Below, in pieces: positions 1-9,439 of a stretch of DNA of 64,000 bases. The notes beneath the pieces are model-generated. The model had not been told where the DNA came from. It worked only from the letters and a program-made list of their open reading frames with translations, and did not search any database. The stretch spans positions 992,001-1,056,000 of the forward strand of contig CAWEEQ010000004.1 in the NCBI GenBank assembly GCA_963808235.1, in the 5' to 3' direction. The position numbers and the translations under genes were made by a program. How positions within the stretch are numbered: the stretch's first letter is position 1; every line of letters begins with the position of its first letter. This DNA is from an uncultured delta proteobacterium (GTDB lineage Bacteria; Desulfobacterota; Binatia; Binatales; Binataceae).

Positions 1-537
1 ATTCACATGCCGGTAGTGAAAATGCTTCCCCTCGTATCGCCACGGCCCGGGCCGGGTCCACGCCTGCACGATAAAATCGTGAGCCTCTTCGAAGAGCTCG
101 CGGTTGTAAGCGGGATTGGCGTTATTGAAAAACTGCTCGCTGCCCGCGCCGCGCACCCATCCCGTGATAAGCCGTCCCCGCGAGATCAGATCGATCTCCG
201 CAAGCTCCTCAGCCATTCGCAGCGGATGCTTGATCACCGGCAGCGGGTTCCCGATCAGCAGTATGCGCGCCTTCTTCGTCAGTCGCGCGAGAATCCCAGC
301 CTCCACGTTCATCACGCTGCCCATGCAGAACGGGTTGCCATGATGCTCATTCAGCGCGACGATATCGAATCCCAGTTCCTCCGCGTACAGATTCTCGTCG
401 ATAAAATAGTTGTAATCTTCCGCCGCCCGCTCCCGATCGAAGTAGCTATTCGATACACCGAAGTGTCCGCCATTGCGCAAAATAACTTCTTCCGGAACCC
501 ACCGCGCCGGCCGCTCCGTAAAATATCCAATTTTCAT
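1..537 (-). CDS. LLM-class flavin-dependent oxidoreductase (runs off the window edge)
   Basis: Manual minus-strand translation from ATG 537: MKIGYFTERP...AEELGFDIVALNEHH...HPLRMAEELAEIDLISRGRL...WTRPGPWRYEGKHFHY, typical luciferase-like monooxygenase motifs; absent from the ORF track because it is truncated. Confidence 0.9.
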   Translation of the reverse strand, partial: MKIGYFTERPARWVPEEVILRNGGHFGVSNSYFDRERAAEDYNYFIDENLYAEELGFDIVALNEHHGNPFCMGSVMNVEAGILARLTKKARILLIGNPLPVIKHPLRMAEELAEIDLISRGRLITGWVRGAGSEQFFNNANPAYNRELFEEAHDFIVQAWTRPGPWRYEGKHFHYRHVN

Positions 538-573
538 CGAACCACTCCTCCGTTCTCGCGACTCTCAATAATT

Positions 574-613
574 TTGTTCCCCTTCCACTAGGGGAAGGGG
601 TTAGGGGTTAGGT
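574..613 (+). repeat. REP-like palindromic repeat, family A (TTCCCCTTCC-N-GGGAAGGGGTTAGGGGTTAGG)
   Basis: Near-identical copies at 14417-14462 and 15336-15372 (reverse orientation) and 27872-27917. Confidence 0.85.
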
Positions 614-708
614 CTGCACGCATCGTTCGCAAAGCACGGGCACGCGCTTTTCTTTGTATTTATCCTCTTGAGTTTTTCGCCCTACAACACCCCCTTCTTT
701 CTCTTTTT

Positions 709-747
709 TGTGTCATTCTGAGCGCAGCGAAGAATCCCGGTGTCCAG
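709..747 (+). repeat. REP-like repeat, family B (TGTCATTCTGAGCGCAGCGAAGAA)
   Basis: Same motif at 10098, 10381, 10664 and 27966, and in reverse at 10233-10264 and about 20410-20432. Confidence 0.85.
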
Positions 748-871
748 CCGGCGCGCGCAGCACGACTCGAAGCCATCGCCTTGACCAGTCGCGCGCAAAC
801 CAGCGTCGGCCCACCAACGCATTCCAAATTCCGAATTCCGCGCATAACCGAGGTCCTACAAATCTCTCTGA

Positions 872-1657
872 CTACTCACTAAGAAACCGACTGACTACAC
901 GCTCAAACTCACTTGAGTTCTCAATCTCAGGCCGATGCCCCACATTATCAATCTCCGCAACCTGCGCCCCGACGATCGCCTGCTTGTACGCATCGATACA
1001 CCCGCGCGGAACCACTGTGTCACTGGAGCCCCACACCAGAATCGTCGGCGTCTTGTTCCCGCGCAAAAGATGGGGCAGGGCAGGGTCATGCATATACGGC
1101 TCCCACCCGATCCGCGCCGTCTCCGCCCGCGCATCCTCGAACGCCTCGAATTGCGCCGGCGTCATCTCCCCGCCATAGAGCTTCGCAAACTCCGGCGTCC
1201 CCGCCGGATCCGCAACCGTCGCCCGCAGATGCGTCCGAATCGTGATCGGGAAAATATCCTTGATCTCACCCTCAGCCGGCTTGATACCCATCGGCGCGAC
1301 CAGCACCATCTTCGAGAAAATCCGCGGGTCAGCCGCCGCCATTTCAGCCGCGACAAACCCGCCCGCCGAAAATCCAATCACATCGACCGGGTCGAGCTTC
1401 AGCTCGCGCACCACCTGCGAATAGAACCCGCCAAGATCTCGATACGTCCGGATCCAATCCAGCTTCGCCGTCTTCCCAAACCCCGGCTGCAGCGGAATGT
1501 ACAGCGTTCGATCATGCGCAAGACTCTCATTCCAGGTCATCCACCCCGGATACCCAAGCTCATCGTGAAAAATCAAAAGCGGCTTCCCCGACCCGCCCTT
1601 GACCATGACAAGCGGCACCCCCGCAACATTGATCGTTTCCTCAGCCCATCTGATCAC
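872..1657 (-). CDS. Alpha/beta fold hydrolase
   Basis: GxSxGG nucleophile motif (GFSAGG), PGFG motif, C-terminal GH. Confidence 0.9.
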   Translation of the reverse strand: MIRWAEETINVAGVPLVMVKGGSGKPLLIFHDELGYPGWMTWNESLAHDRTLYIPLQPGFGKTAKLDWIRTYRDLGGFYSQVVRELKLDPVDVIGFSAGGFVAAEMAAADPRIFSKMVLVAPMGIKPAEGEIKDIFPITIRTHLRATVADPAGTPEFAKLYGGEMTPAQFEAFEDARAETARIGWEPYMHDPALPHLLRGNKTPTILVWGSSDTVVPRGCIDAYKQAIVGAQVAEIDNVGHRPEIENSSEFERVVSRFLSE

Positions 1658-1704
1658 GTCATCTCTCCTTGCGCGGTCTCCTACTGATTATCACCGGCAA
1701 ATGC

Positions 1705-3279
1705 TCACCAGCTATCGATGTAACTATGCTTCTTTCCCTCGCGCGGCTCCGGCGCCGGCGCCGATCGTAAACCCGTCATGATCCATCGCCGCGATTCAGC
1801 CGGATCGATCACATCGTCGATTCCGAATTGCGACGCACTGTTCAGCGCCTTCCCGCGCTGATACATAGTCGCGACCATCTCGTCGAATCGCTTTTTCCGT
1901 TCCGCCGGATCGTCGATCGCCGCCAACTCGTTGCGATAGCCGAGCTTCACCGCGCCCTCCAGTCCCATCGGCCCGAATTCTCCCGTCGGCCACGCTATCG
2001 TGAACATCGGCGCGTCGTAACTCCCGCCAGCCATCGCGATTCCACCGAGCCCATACGCCTTGCGCAGCACGATCGTAAAAAACGGCACCGTCGCATTCGC
2101 CGCGGTCAGGAACATCCGCGAGGAATGCCGCACCAGCGCGCTCTTCTCGATCTCCGGCCCCACCATGATTCCCGGCGTGTCGCACAAAAATAAAATCGGG
2201 ATGTCAAACGCGTCGCACAATTTTATAAATCGCGCGCCCTTGTCCGATCCGTCGCTGTCGATCGCGCCCGCCAGATGCTTCGGGTTGTTGGCCACCACTC
2301 CAAGAGTCCGCCCCTCGATTCGCATGAACGCCGCGATCATCGTGTGCCCGAAATCCTTCCGGATCTCCAGCACCGACCCCGTATCCGCCATCGTCTCGAT
2401 CACAGTTCTGACGTCGTAAACGCGCAGCCGATTCTCCGGGATGATATTCCGCAGCAGCCGCTGATCCGCGCACTCCCACTTGCTCACCGTTCCCTGGAAG
2501 TACGACAAATATTTTTTCGCCGCCTGCACCGCCGCCGATTCATCCGCCACCGCGATATCCACCACGCCGTTCGGCACCTGCACCTCCATCGGCCCAATTT
2601 CGTCGGGCCTGAAGATGCCCAGTCCGCCGCCTTCGATCATCGCCGGCCCGCCCATCCCGATATTCGAGCGACTCGTCGCGATCACCACGTCGCAGCATCC
2701 GAGCAGCGACGCGTTTCCCGCAAAGCATCGTCCCGACGTGATTCCGACCAGCGGCACCAGCCCGCTCAGCTTCGGGAAATCGTGAAACGATCGCGAGTGA
2801 TGAAATCCGCCGTCGGTGTCTCCGGGCCGCCCGCCGCCGCCTTCCGCGAACAGCACCAGCGGCAGCCGCGACTCGCGCGCGATCTGAAACATCCGATCTT
2901 TCTTGCGATGGTTCTGATGCCCCTGCGTCCCGGCCAGCACCGTGTAGTCGTACGACATGATGATGCATCGCGATTTCGCCGGCTCGAAAAGACTACCGTT
3001 GATGCTCCCGAGTCCAGTGACGAGTCCGTCCGCGGGAGTGTTCTTGATCAGGTCGTCGATCGCGCGCCGCCGCCGCTGTGCCGCCACCACGATCGGCCCG
3101 TACTCGACGAACGTGCCCGGATCGCATAGCTCCTCGATATTCTCCCGCGCCGTGCGCTGCCCGGTTTTTCTCCGCCGCGCCACCGCGTCCGGCCGCGCCG
3201 CATCGAGTCCGATCTCGTGCCGCTCATGCACCTCGGCCAGGTCGGCCCGCACGCTCTCCAGGTCAGTGTCCTTAGCCAT
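1705..3279 (-). CDS. Acyl-CoA carboxylase carboxyltransferase-domain protein
   Basis: YDYTVLAGTQG, EGGGGRPGD, GRCFAGNA, DTPGIMVG motifs; ATG 3279 overlaps the GST stop. Confidence 0.92.
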   Translation of the reverse strand: MAKDTDLESVRADLAEVHERHEIGLDAARPDAVARRRKTGQRTARENIEELCDPGTFVEYGPIVVAAQRRRRAIDDLIKNTPADGLVTGLGSINGSLFEPAKSRCIIMSYDYTVLAGTQGHQNHRKKDRMFQIARESRLPLVLFAEGGGGRPGDTDGGFHHSRSFHDFPKLSGLVPLVGITSGRCFAGNASLLGCCDVVIATSRSNIGMGGPAMIEGGGLGIFRPDEIGPMEVQVPNGVVDIAVADESAAVQAAKKYLSYFQGTVSKWECADQRLLRNIIPENRLRVYDVRTVIETMADTGSVLEIRKDFGHTMIAAFMRIEGRTLGVVANNPKHLAGAIDSDGSDKGARFIKLCDAFDIPILFLCDTPGIMVGPEIEKSALVRHSSRMFLTAANATVPFFTIVLRKAYGLGGIAMAGGSYDAPMFTIAWPTGEFGPMGLEGAVKLGYRNELAAIDDPAERKKRFDEMVATMYQRGKALNSASQFGIDDVIDPAESRRWIMTGLRSAPAPEPREGKKHSYIDSW

Positions 3280-3871
3280 TGTCCTTCGCTGCGCCACGAA
3301 TATAAGCGGGCCGCGCCGTCAGCCGCGCGACGTAATCGTCGTAGCATTTGCGCGCCGGAAAGATATTGCCCTTGAAAAACTGGCACGCCGATCCGTACAG
3401 AACGTCCGCTGCCGAGAATTTCTCGCCGAGAATGTACGGCCCCGCTTCGAGCGCGCCCGCGATCGTCTCCTCGACAGTTTCGAACTTCCCGAATCCCGTG
3501 ATCTGCTCCTTGTCCCAGCCACGAAAACGAGCCGCCGCCACCGGTTCCAGTATCGACGGATAGAAAAACAGCCAACGCAAGTAATCGGCGCGCTTCTTGT
3601 CGCCGACCGTCGGCCCGATGCCCGCCTTCGGGAACGCGTCCGTCAGGTACAGCGCGATACCCGCCGACTCGTACACGATTCCGCCGTCGTGCTCGATCGC
3701 CGGAACTTTCTTCAGCGGATGTATCCGCGCGTAGCTGTCCGGCGCCGGCGCGCCTTGCCCGTCAGCGCGCACGATCGACGTAAGCTCGATTTTGTACGGC
3801 TCTCCCAACTCCTCGAGCAGCCAGATGATCCGCGACGAGCGCGATCGCGGCGCATGATACAGCGTGATCAT
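3272..3871 (-). CDS. Glutathione S-transferase family protein
   Basis: LYHAPRSRS, HPLKKVP, ESAGI, GEKFSAADV motifs. Confidence 0.93.
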   Translation of the reverse strand: MITLYHAPRSRSSRIIWLLEELGEPYKIELTSIVRADGQGAPAPDSYARIHPLKKVPAIEHDGGIVYESAGIALYLTDAFPKAGIGPTVGDKKRADYLRWLFFYPSILEPVAAARFRGWDKEQITGFGKFETVEETIAGALEAGPYILGEKFSAADVLYGSACQFFKGNIFPARKCYDDYVARLTARPAYIRGAAKDNG

Positions 3872-3987
3872 TTTTGCGTTCTCCTCGCTCGCAGCATAGT
3901 CCGGAACCGCGAAAAGAGAAAAACTCTTCGCAGTGTTCGCAAAAGCATCCGGTTGACGCCGATGCCGCCGGCGGCTACGAGAATGCC

Positions 3988-4419
3988 ATGGAAACTGCCC
4001 ACGACGATCTGCTCATCCAGAGTCCCGCCATCGGGATCATCGCCCGCATTCTCTTCACCCTGATCTTCGTGCTCTCCGGCATCACCCACTTCACCGCGAT
4101 GCGCAGTTACATCGACCTGATGCCGCCCGCGATTCCGTGGCGCGCGTTCTGGGTGACGATCTCCGCCGTCGTCGAACTCGCTGGCGCCGCGCTGATTCTC
4201 TTCAACTATCGCCCGCGTCTCGGCGCATGGCTCATCGTGCTGTTCCTGATTCCGGTGACGATCGTCGTGCATGGCACCGCGATGCTCACGCTTCCCGATC
4301 CCGTGATGCGCGCGGTTAACGTCTCGATGTTCCTCAAAGGCCTCGCAATGATCGCGTGCGCCCTCTTCATCACCCAACTCGGCGTCGCGAGCAACTCGCA
4401 GGAAAGTAGAAGGGGTTAG
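3988..4419 (+). CDS. DoxX family membrane protein
   Basis: ARILFTLIFVLSGITHF...VELAGAALIL...FLIPVT...FLKGLAM; four hydrophobic segments. Confidence 0.85.
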   Translation: METAHDDLLIQSPAIGIIARILFTLIFVLSGITHFTAMRSYIDLMPPAIPWRAFWVTISAVVELAGAALILFNYRPRLGAWLIVLFLIPVTIVVHGTAMLTLPDPVMRAVNVSMFLKGLAMIACALFITQLGVASNSQESRRG

Positions 4420-4427
4420 GGATCGGC

Positions 4428-5091
4428 TTACACCCGGCCGCCGATCCAGATCACTCGCCCGATAACCTTCACCATCGGAACCACCATCGGCTTCGTATTT
4501 CGGATTGTCGCTGCGCACCAGCAGCTTGCCGTCGGGTCGCCGCTGGATCCTCTTTACCGTCAACCCGCCGTCATGCCGCAGCAGGTAGATCCCGTCCTGC
4601 TTGAAACGCGGCTCGGCCAGGTTGGCGAGGATCAAGTCCGAATCCTTCACCGTCGGCGCCATCGAATCGCCATCCACTTCGATCAGGAGCAAATCGCGCG
4701 GCTCAGTGTTGAGGCTGCGCTTCACCCACGCGGCGCGAAACGCGACCGAGTCGACCACCTGGTCGCTGCTCAACACTCCCTCGCGCCCGCTCGAAAATCG
4801 AATCCGGTTGCGCGGCATGAAGATATAGTCGCCGTGCTCCATCGCATGCGTGATCGCCGCCGCCGTCTGCTTCGACTCCTCACCCGTCGCCAGCCACTCG
4901 ATCGATACCCGCGCCGCCCGCGCCAGCGAGACCAGGTTGTTCACGCTCGGCTGCCCGCGCCCGGATAGCCATTTGTAAATTGCGTTGTCCGATACTCCGA
5001 CCGCTTTCGCGACCGCCACCACGGAGTCGAATGTGTGAATCACCTGGGTCAGCCGCGCCCGGAATTCTGCCTCAACTATAGTGGTTGACAT
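4428..5091 (-). CDS. CI/LexA-like phage repressor (Cro/C1 HTH + S24 peptidase), with a +1 frameshift near 4492
   Basis: HTH (VAKAVGVSDNAIYKWLSG...VSIEWLATG), GDSMAP Ser, VKRI Lys, SDNPKY; removing one base restores PMVVPMVKVIGRVIWIGGRV* with stop at 4428-4430; AGGAG RBS upstream. Confidence 0.9.
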
Positions 5092-5403
5092 ATAACTCCT
5101 TGTGTGAAATAAAGTTCTTAAAGCGCATGTCGTCTCCACAAGCAAATCACCGTCAACTCTCGCCGAAGCTTTTGCTCCCCACGCAGGTCCCCCGCGAATC
5201 TGCTCTCAACCCCATGCATCCTCCCATTCACCCGCCTCGCCGCCTCGATCGCCGATTCTCCCGCCCACACACTTCTAGCCTAGATCGCAGCCGCGCGCGC
5301 GTGGTTTCGTTCACAGTTTTCCACCAACCTCAAGTCCCACCGATCAAATCCGCACTCTTCCCGCTACTCACACTGCTCGATTCTGTTTGTCCGCGGAGGA
5401 TTT

Positions 5404-5625
5404 ATGGAAGCCGCGACCATTCTCGTTCGCACTCGCGTTTCTAATCGCGTCGTTGGATGCCTCTGGTGTCACCAGCCATCCAGTCATTCGGATGTGATTC
5501 GCAATCATGGACTCTGCGCTTCATGCGCCCAGCAGTGCGCGGAGATTTCATGGCGGCTCATCTATGATCGCGATCGCAAAATCGGATCGATTCCCGTAAA
5601 CCTTCGCCTCGCCTACGGCCTATGA
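5404..5625 (+). CDS. Small putative zinc-binding protein (CxxC...CxxC)
   Basis: GGAGGA RBS; CLWC and CASC pairs; ATGA overlap with the next gene. Confidence 0.6.
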   Translation: MEAATILVRTRVSNRVVGCLWCHQPSSHSDVIRNHGLCASCAQQCAEISWRLIYDRDRKIGSIPVNLRLAYGL

Positions 5626-6107
5626 ACGCATCGCCCAACTTAAGAGCGGCTGCGAATCGCGTGCACTCGATGCCGCCGAGCGATCCTTTCACTGACGCGG
5701 CGCACTCGTCGCTTTACGATCAGATCGGTCGCTCGATCGGCGCCGATAAGGCGCACAAGCTCATCGCGGATTTCGGCGGCCGGCGTTTGTACATCCCGGT
5801 CGCGCCGGCGCCTGGCGATCGAGTGACGAGTTCGATCGGTCTGGTCGCGGCGCTCGCGATGGCGCGAGTGTTCGGCGGGGATCGCCTGGTGATTCCGGTC
5901 ACGATCGATCATGCGCGCCGCCGCAAGCGAATCTTTGCGCTGCGCGCCAACCACCTGAGCGTCGCGCGCATCGCGCGGCAGCTCCGATGCAGTGAGCGCC
6001 ACGTGTACAAGGTCCTGGCCGAGGGCCGCGATGGCCGTCTCGATTCGACAACGCCCGCGCCGTCCGCGGAGCACTTCAAACGTGGAAGCATCACCGGCCG
6101 TTCATGA
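5622..6107 (+). CDS. Mor/C-family transcription activator
   Basis: FGGRRLYIP and FGGDRLVIP motifs plus C-terminal HTH (VARIARQLRCSERHVYKVL). Confidence 0.85.
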   Translation: MNASPNLRAAANRVHSMPPSDPFTDAAHSSLYDQIGRSIGADKAHKLIADFGGRRLYIPVAPAPGDRVTSSIGLVAALAMARVFGGDRLVIPVTIDHARRRKRIFALRANHLSVARIARQLRCSERHVYKVLAEGRDGRLDSTTPAPSAEHFKRGSITGRS

Positions 6108-6612
6108 CAAGTACACGCCTGAATTTTTGATCGCCGTCGATCGGGTTCTGTCTAACGAGGGCGGCTACACCTTGGACCCGGCCGACCCGGGCGGCGCGAC
6201 CAAGTTTGGAATCTCCGCGCGCGAGCATCCCGGAGTCGACATCGCGGCGCTGACGCGCGACGCGGCCGTGAACATTTACTGGCGCGATTGGTGGCTCAAG
6301 TTCGGATTCGCGCGCCTGCCGAGCGGCGCGGCGGCCAAGACCTTCGACCTCGCAGTCAATATCGGACCGGCGCACGCGATCGAATGTCTTCAGCGCGCGC
6401 TGCGCGCCTGCGGGCATCGAGTCTCCGAAGATGGCGTCCTCGGCGAAGGGACGGCGCTCGCGGCGGCGCACGCCGATTCTGCGTCTCTGATCGTTGCGCT
6501 TCGATCCGAGGCCGCCGGCTACTACCGGGTCAGCGCCGCGCTCGCACGCGGCCCGCGCGCCAACGCCGACCGCGAATTTCTCGACGGATGGTTAAACAGG
6601 GCCTACGAATGA
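6082..6612 (+). CDS. GH108 lysozyme (endolysin) with peptidoglycan-binding C-terminus
   Basis: EGGY...DPGGATKFGIS, FDLAVNIG, DGVLG, FLDGWLNR; GTG start chosen from GGAG RBS. Confidence 0.92.
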   Translation: MEASPAVHDKYTPEFLIAVDRVLSNEGGYTLDPADPGGATKFGISAREHPGVDIAALTRDAAVNIYWRDWWLKFGFARLPSGAAAKTFDLAVNIGPAHAIECLQRALRACGHRVSEDGVLGEGTALAAAHADSASLIVALRSEAAGYYRVSAALARGPRANADREFLDGWLNRAYE

Positions 6613-6908
6613 AAACCCGTAAGGAAACTGCCGGTGAGCGCGCCCGCATCAAGCTCGGCCTCTCGCCTCTTCAGCCGGGAGAGGCCGACGCTGCGTCGGG
6701 TGAGGGCGCCGGCATCAACCTGAACGCGCAAGTTGTGCATGATGTCTCGCTTCCTGCACGTTCACTGAAAAAATGCTGCCAGAATCCGAATCTGCCGGCC
6801 GCGCTGGTGCCGGGATTTTGCGCTCTCAAATTCTGCGAACGTCCCCAACTACTGACAAAACGCCGGCTACGGCGCAGGCGCGAGAACGTCGAGCGAGTAC
6901 GAATCTGA
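6609..6908 (+). CDS. Hypothetical protein in lysis cassette
   Basis: ATGA-coupled to endolysin; no family recognised. Confidence 0.4.
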   Translation: MKTRKETAGERARIKLGLSPLQPGEADAASGEGAGINLNAQVVHDVSLPARSLKKCCQNPNLPAALVPGFCALKFCERPQLLTKRRLRRRRENVERVRI

Positions 6909-6933
6909 AACGCACGAAACACTGAACCAAGAG

Positions 6934-7233
6934 GTGAATGAGATGAGCGTAACGGAAATTATCGCCGCGGGTGCGTACCCGCTCGTAGGCCTGGCCGGTT
7001 TTATTTTGGGCTCGCTGTTCGGACAAAAGCTGGTCGCCGATATCGAGGCGATGCTGCACGCGATCGAAGCGCGGCTCACGTCGGTTGAGAGTTCGGTGGC
7101 GACCAGTTCCGCAACCAGCGCGATCATGACTCACGCCGCCGCGACCGAAAAACTCGCGGTCGCCGTCGCCAAGCATTCGGCGGCGCAGGCGCAAGCCGCG
7201 GCCGCATCGAGTGCGCCCGCGGCGAAGAGCTGA
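6934..7233 (+). CDS. Small membrane-anchored coiled-coil protein
   Basis: GAGG RBS, one TM segment then Ala-rich helix. Confidence 0.6.
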   Translation: MNEMSVTEIIAAGAYPLVGLAGFILGSLFGQKLVADIEAMLHAIEARLTSVESSVATSSATSAIMTHAAATEKLAVAVAKHSAAQAQAAAASSAPAAKS

Positions 7234-7238
7234 CCGCG

Positions 7239-7640
7239 ATGCCGGCTCTGTTGATTGCGAACTACTGGAAGCCGATCGCGATCGCGGTCGCGATCGCCGC
7301 GATCTTCGCCTATCGCGCGGTGATTGTTCATCAACGCGACGCGGCGATCGCGTCGGCTGCCGCGCTGACTGCGCAGGTGGCCGACTTGCAAAGCGCGGAA
7401 GCGGCCTGCGAGGCCGCGGTGGCGCGGCAGAACGCGGCGGTCAACGCACTCGCGGATTCGGCCGCGCGCGAATCGGCGGCGGCGCAAACCCGCGAGGCCA
7501 ACGTCGCCGCCGCCGCGGCGAGCACGGCAACGGCCGAAGCGCGCCGCGCGGCCGCGCTCGAGACCGCGCCGATCGCATCGGATTGCGCAGGCGCAATCAA
7601 ATGGGCCAACGCGCAAGCGGCGGACTTGGGCAAATGGTGA
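7239..7640 (+). CDS. Rz-like inner-membrane spanin candidate
   Basis: N-terminal TM, Ala-rich coiled coil, C-terminal Cys; position in lysis cassette. Confidence 0.6.
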   Translation: MPALLIANYWKPIAIAVAIAAIFAYRAVIVHQRDAAIASAAALTAQVADLQSAEAACEAAVARQNAAVNALADSAARESAAAQTREANVAAAAASTATAEARRAAALETAPIASDCAGAIKWANAQAADLGKW

Positions 7641-7808
7641 AGGGCGAACGGATGAAAACACAAAATGACATTAGACGATCTGCTTCGCCCTCCCATTGTT
7701 CCGGTTCACCTCTACCGCTGATGGCGACTGCGTCGCCATCAGCGGACCGGGAGAGGTCGTCCGACGACATTAATGTCGTCGGCCGGGTGAGCGCGCCGGT
7801 ATCGAGCG

Positions 7809-7870
7809 CTCCCGATGGGAGAGGATCGCCTCTTCCCCTCTCCCGATGGGAGAGGATTGAAGGTGAGGGA
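7809..7870 (+). repeat. REP-like repeat, family C (CCTCTCCC-N-GGGAGAGG...GGTGAGGG)
   Basis: Hairpin CCTCTCCCgatGGGAGAGG; related copy at 8394-8448. Confidence 0.7.
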
Positions 7871-7936
7871 CCTTATTCAGCGCGCGCTTCGCGCGCCATT
7901 CAAGATTCTGCTCTGCTCCGAAGCCTCGCTAAAGTT

Positions 7937-8377
7937 ATGCAAAGCCCTCACGCAGGGAGGGGCAAGACCTGCGGCGATATCTGCGCGCTGCTGCTCGCCT
8001 TTGCACTCACTGGATGCGCGCAAGTTGTGCCGGCGCCGGCGCCGCGCCCCGTGATGGTCGAAGTTCCGGTCGCGACTCCAATCTACTGCCAGGTGCCAAC
8101 CCTGACGCCGCCGGCACTCGCAATCGCGACGCTCAGTCCTGACTCGCCGCCTGCCGATACCGTCCGCTCCTACGCGGCGACAGTGGACATACTGAAAAGC
8201 GCGGTCCACGAACGCGACTCGATTTTGCAAGCCTGCGCCCCTCCATCAGGAACCACCAACCCACCTCCACCCCCAATCCCGCAAGCGAGTATCGCAACAC
8301 CGCCCGCAAAACCAGCGCAAGTGAGTATATCCAGTCGAATACTAACTACGATGCGGAAACTAGTCACATGCTGGTAA
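7937..8377 (+). CDS. Rz1-like outer-membrane lipoprotein (o-spanin candidate)
   Basis: Lipobox LLLAFALTGC, Pro-rich VEVPVATPIYCQVP, later LQAC; start uncertain. Confidence 0.6.
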   Translation: MQSPHAGRGKTCGDICALLLAFALTGCAQVVPAPAPRPVMVEVPVATPIYCQVPTLTPPALAIATLSPDSPPADTVRSYAATVDILKSAVHERDSILQACAPPSGTTNPPPPPIPQASIATPPAKPAQVSISSRILTTMRKLVTCW

Positions 8378-8393
8378 CACTCCTCTCCAATAG

Positions 8394-8448
8394 CCTCTCC
8401 CTGACAGGGAGAGGTCGGCGCGTCGTCTTCGACGCGGCGGGTGAGGGT
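8394..8448 (+). repeat. REP-like repeat, family C
   Basis: CCTCTCCCTgacAGGGAGAGG...GGGTGAGGG. Confidence 0.7.
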
Positions 8449-8557
8449 ACTTATTCAAAAGTCGGCATACTCAGATGACATACTCACTAACTATCTCACT
8501 CCTCCCATACGTTTTCTTCGCACTAGGCATAATCGGAGGTTACTACATATTCCGGTC

Positions 8558-8842
8558 ATGAAATTGCTCAATGACATGCTGACCGGGAAAGACAACCTCA
8601 CTTTCGACGCGGCCCGCGTAGTCGGTGTGATCGGCGCGTTTGCCTATATCGCATTCTGGTGCGTGCAGGTCTGGCATATGCGCCGCTTCGAGCCGGCCGA
8701 CGCCGATGCGTACGGCAAGGGCCTCGGGATGGTGCTGCTCGCGATGGCGGGGGCGGTGCTGTTGAAAAAATCGACCGAACCGGAAGTGCGCGCCGAAGAA
8801 GATCGGATGCGCGATCACGACCACGACGGTGCGATGCGATGA
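8558..8842 (+). CDS. Small two-TM phage membrane protein (holin-like)
   Basis: LTGKDNLTFD followed by two hydrophobic helices and a charged tail. Confidence 0.55.
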   Translation: MKLLNDMLTGKDNLTFDAARVVGVIGAFAYIAFWCVQVWHMRRFEPADADAYGKGLGMVLLAMAGAVLLKKSTEPEVRAEEDRMRDHDHDGAMR

Positions 8843-9141
8843 GCTGGGAAGCGATCGCATCGTTTTTGCTGGTGCTGGTGACCCTGGTCGGAATCAATAT
8901 CGGAACGATCCGATCGATGCTCGAGCGGCATCGCAGCGCCACCCTGCGCGATTCCGAGAGATGGCAGGAGATTGAGCGCTCGGTGTTCGAATTGCGCGCG
9001 TCGATGCCGCTGGAATACGTGCGGCGCGAGGACTGGATCAGATTCAGCGGCTCGCTCGACGCGAAGCTCGATGCGATGCGGGAAGAAATGCGTGAAGAGA
9101 TCGCAGAGGTAAAGGACAGGTTGTATGCCGGAAGGAATTGA
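8839..9141 (+). CDS. Mu gp25-like membrane-anchored coiled-coil protein
   Basis: N-terminal TM, PLEYVRREDWIR...LDAKLD motif, position before gp26/gp27-like genes. Confidence 0.65.
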   Translation: MSWEAIASFLLVLVTLVGINIGTIRSMLERHRSATLRDSERWQEIERSVFELRASMPLEYVRREDWIRFSGSLDAKLDAMREEMREEIAEVKDRLYAGRN

Positions 9142-9439
9142 CCTCGAACAGAAGCGTCGCGAAGAAGCGCGCTGGCGCGTTTTGCGCGTCATCGATGCGG
9201 GGCGGCCGATCGCGGTCTCGGAGCAGATAATCTGGCGTGTGCTGGTGGATATCAAGCTCTCGCTCTCGATCAACGGCATCCGCCGCGAGCTCGCCTATCT
9301 GCGCGACTTGGGCCTGGTCGAACTCGAAGGCGAAGACGGGGAGACCTGGTTCGCCAAACTGACCGCCAGCGGGGTTGACGTGGTCGAGTACAACTTCCCC
9401 GCCCCGGCGGGGGTGGCGCGCCCGCGGAAATACTGGTGA
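9125..9439 (+). CDS. Mu gp26-like winged-helix protein
   Basis: IRRELAYLRDLGLV...LTASGVDVVE...GVARP motif. Confidence 0.8.
   Translation: MPEGIDLEQKRREEARWRVLRVIDAGRPIAVSEQIIWRVLVDIKLSLSINGIRRELAYLRDLGLVELEGEDGETWFAKLTASGVDVVEYNFPAPAGVARPRKYW

Noticed and set aside
591-612. Eukaryotic telomere contamination
   Set aside because: Only two TTAGG(GG) units, inside a dispersed palindromic repeat between bacterial genes
3868-5145. 425-aa repressor fusion in the ORF track
   Set aside because: Caused by a one-base frameshift reading into the antisense of DoxX; the natural end is 4428
7211-8377. Single 388-aa protein
   Set aside because: Overlaps the better-supported 7239-7640 gene and reads through REP sequence; only the lipobox-bearing 3' part is credible
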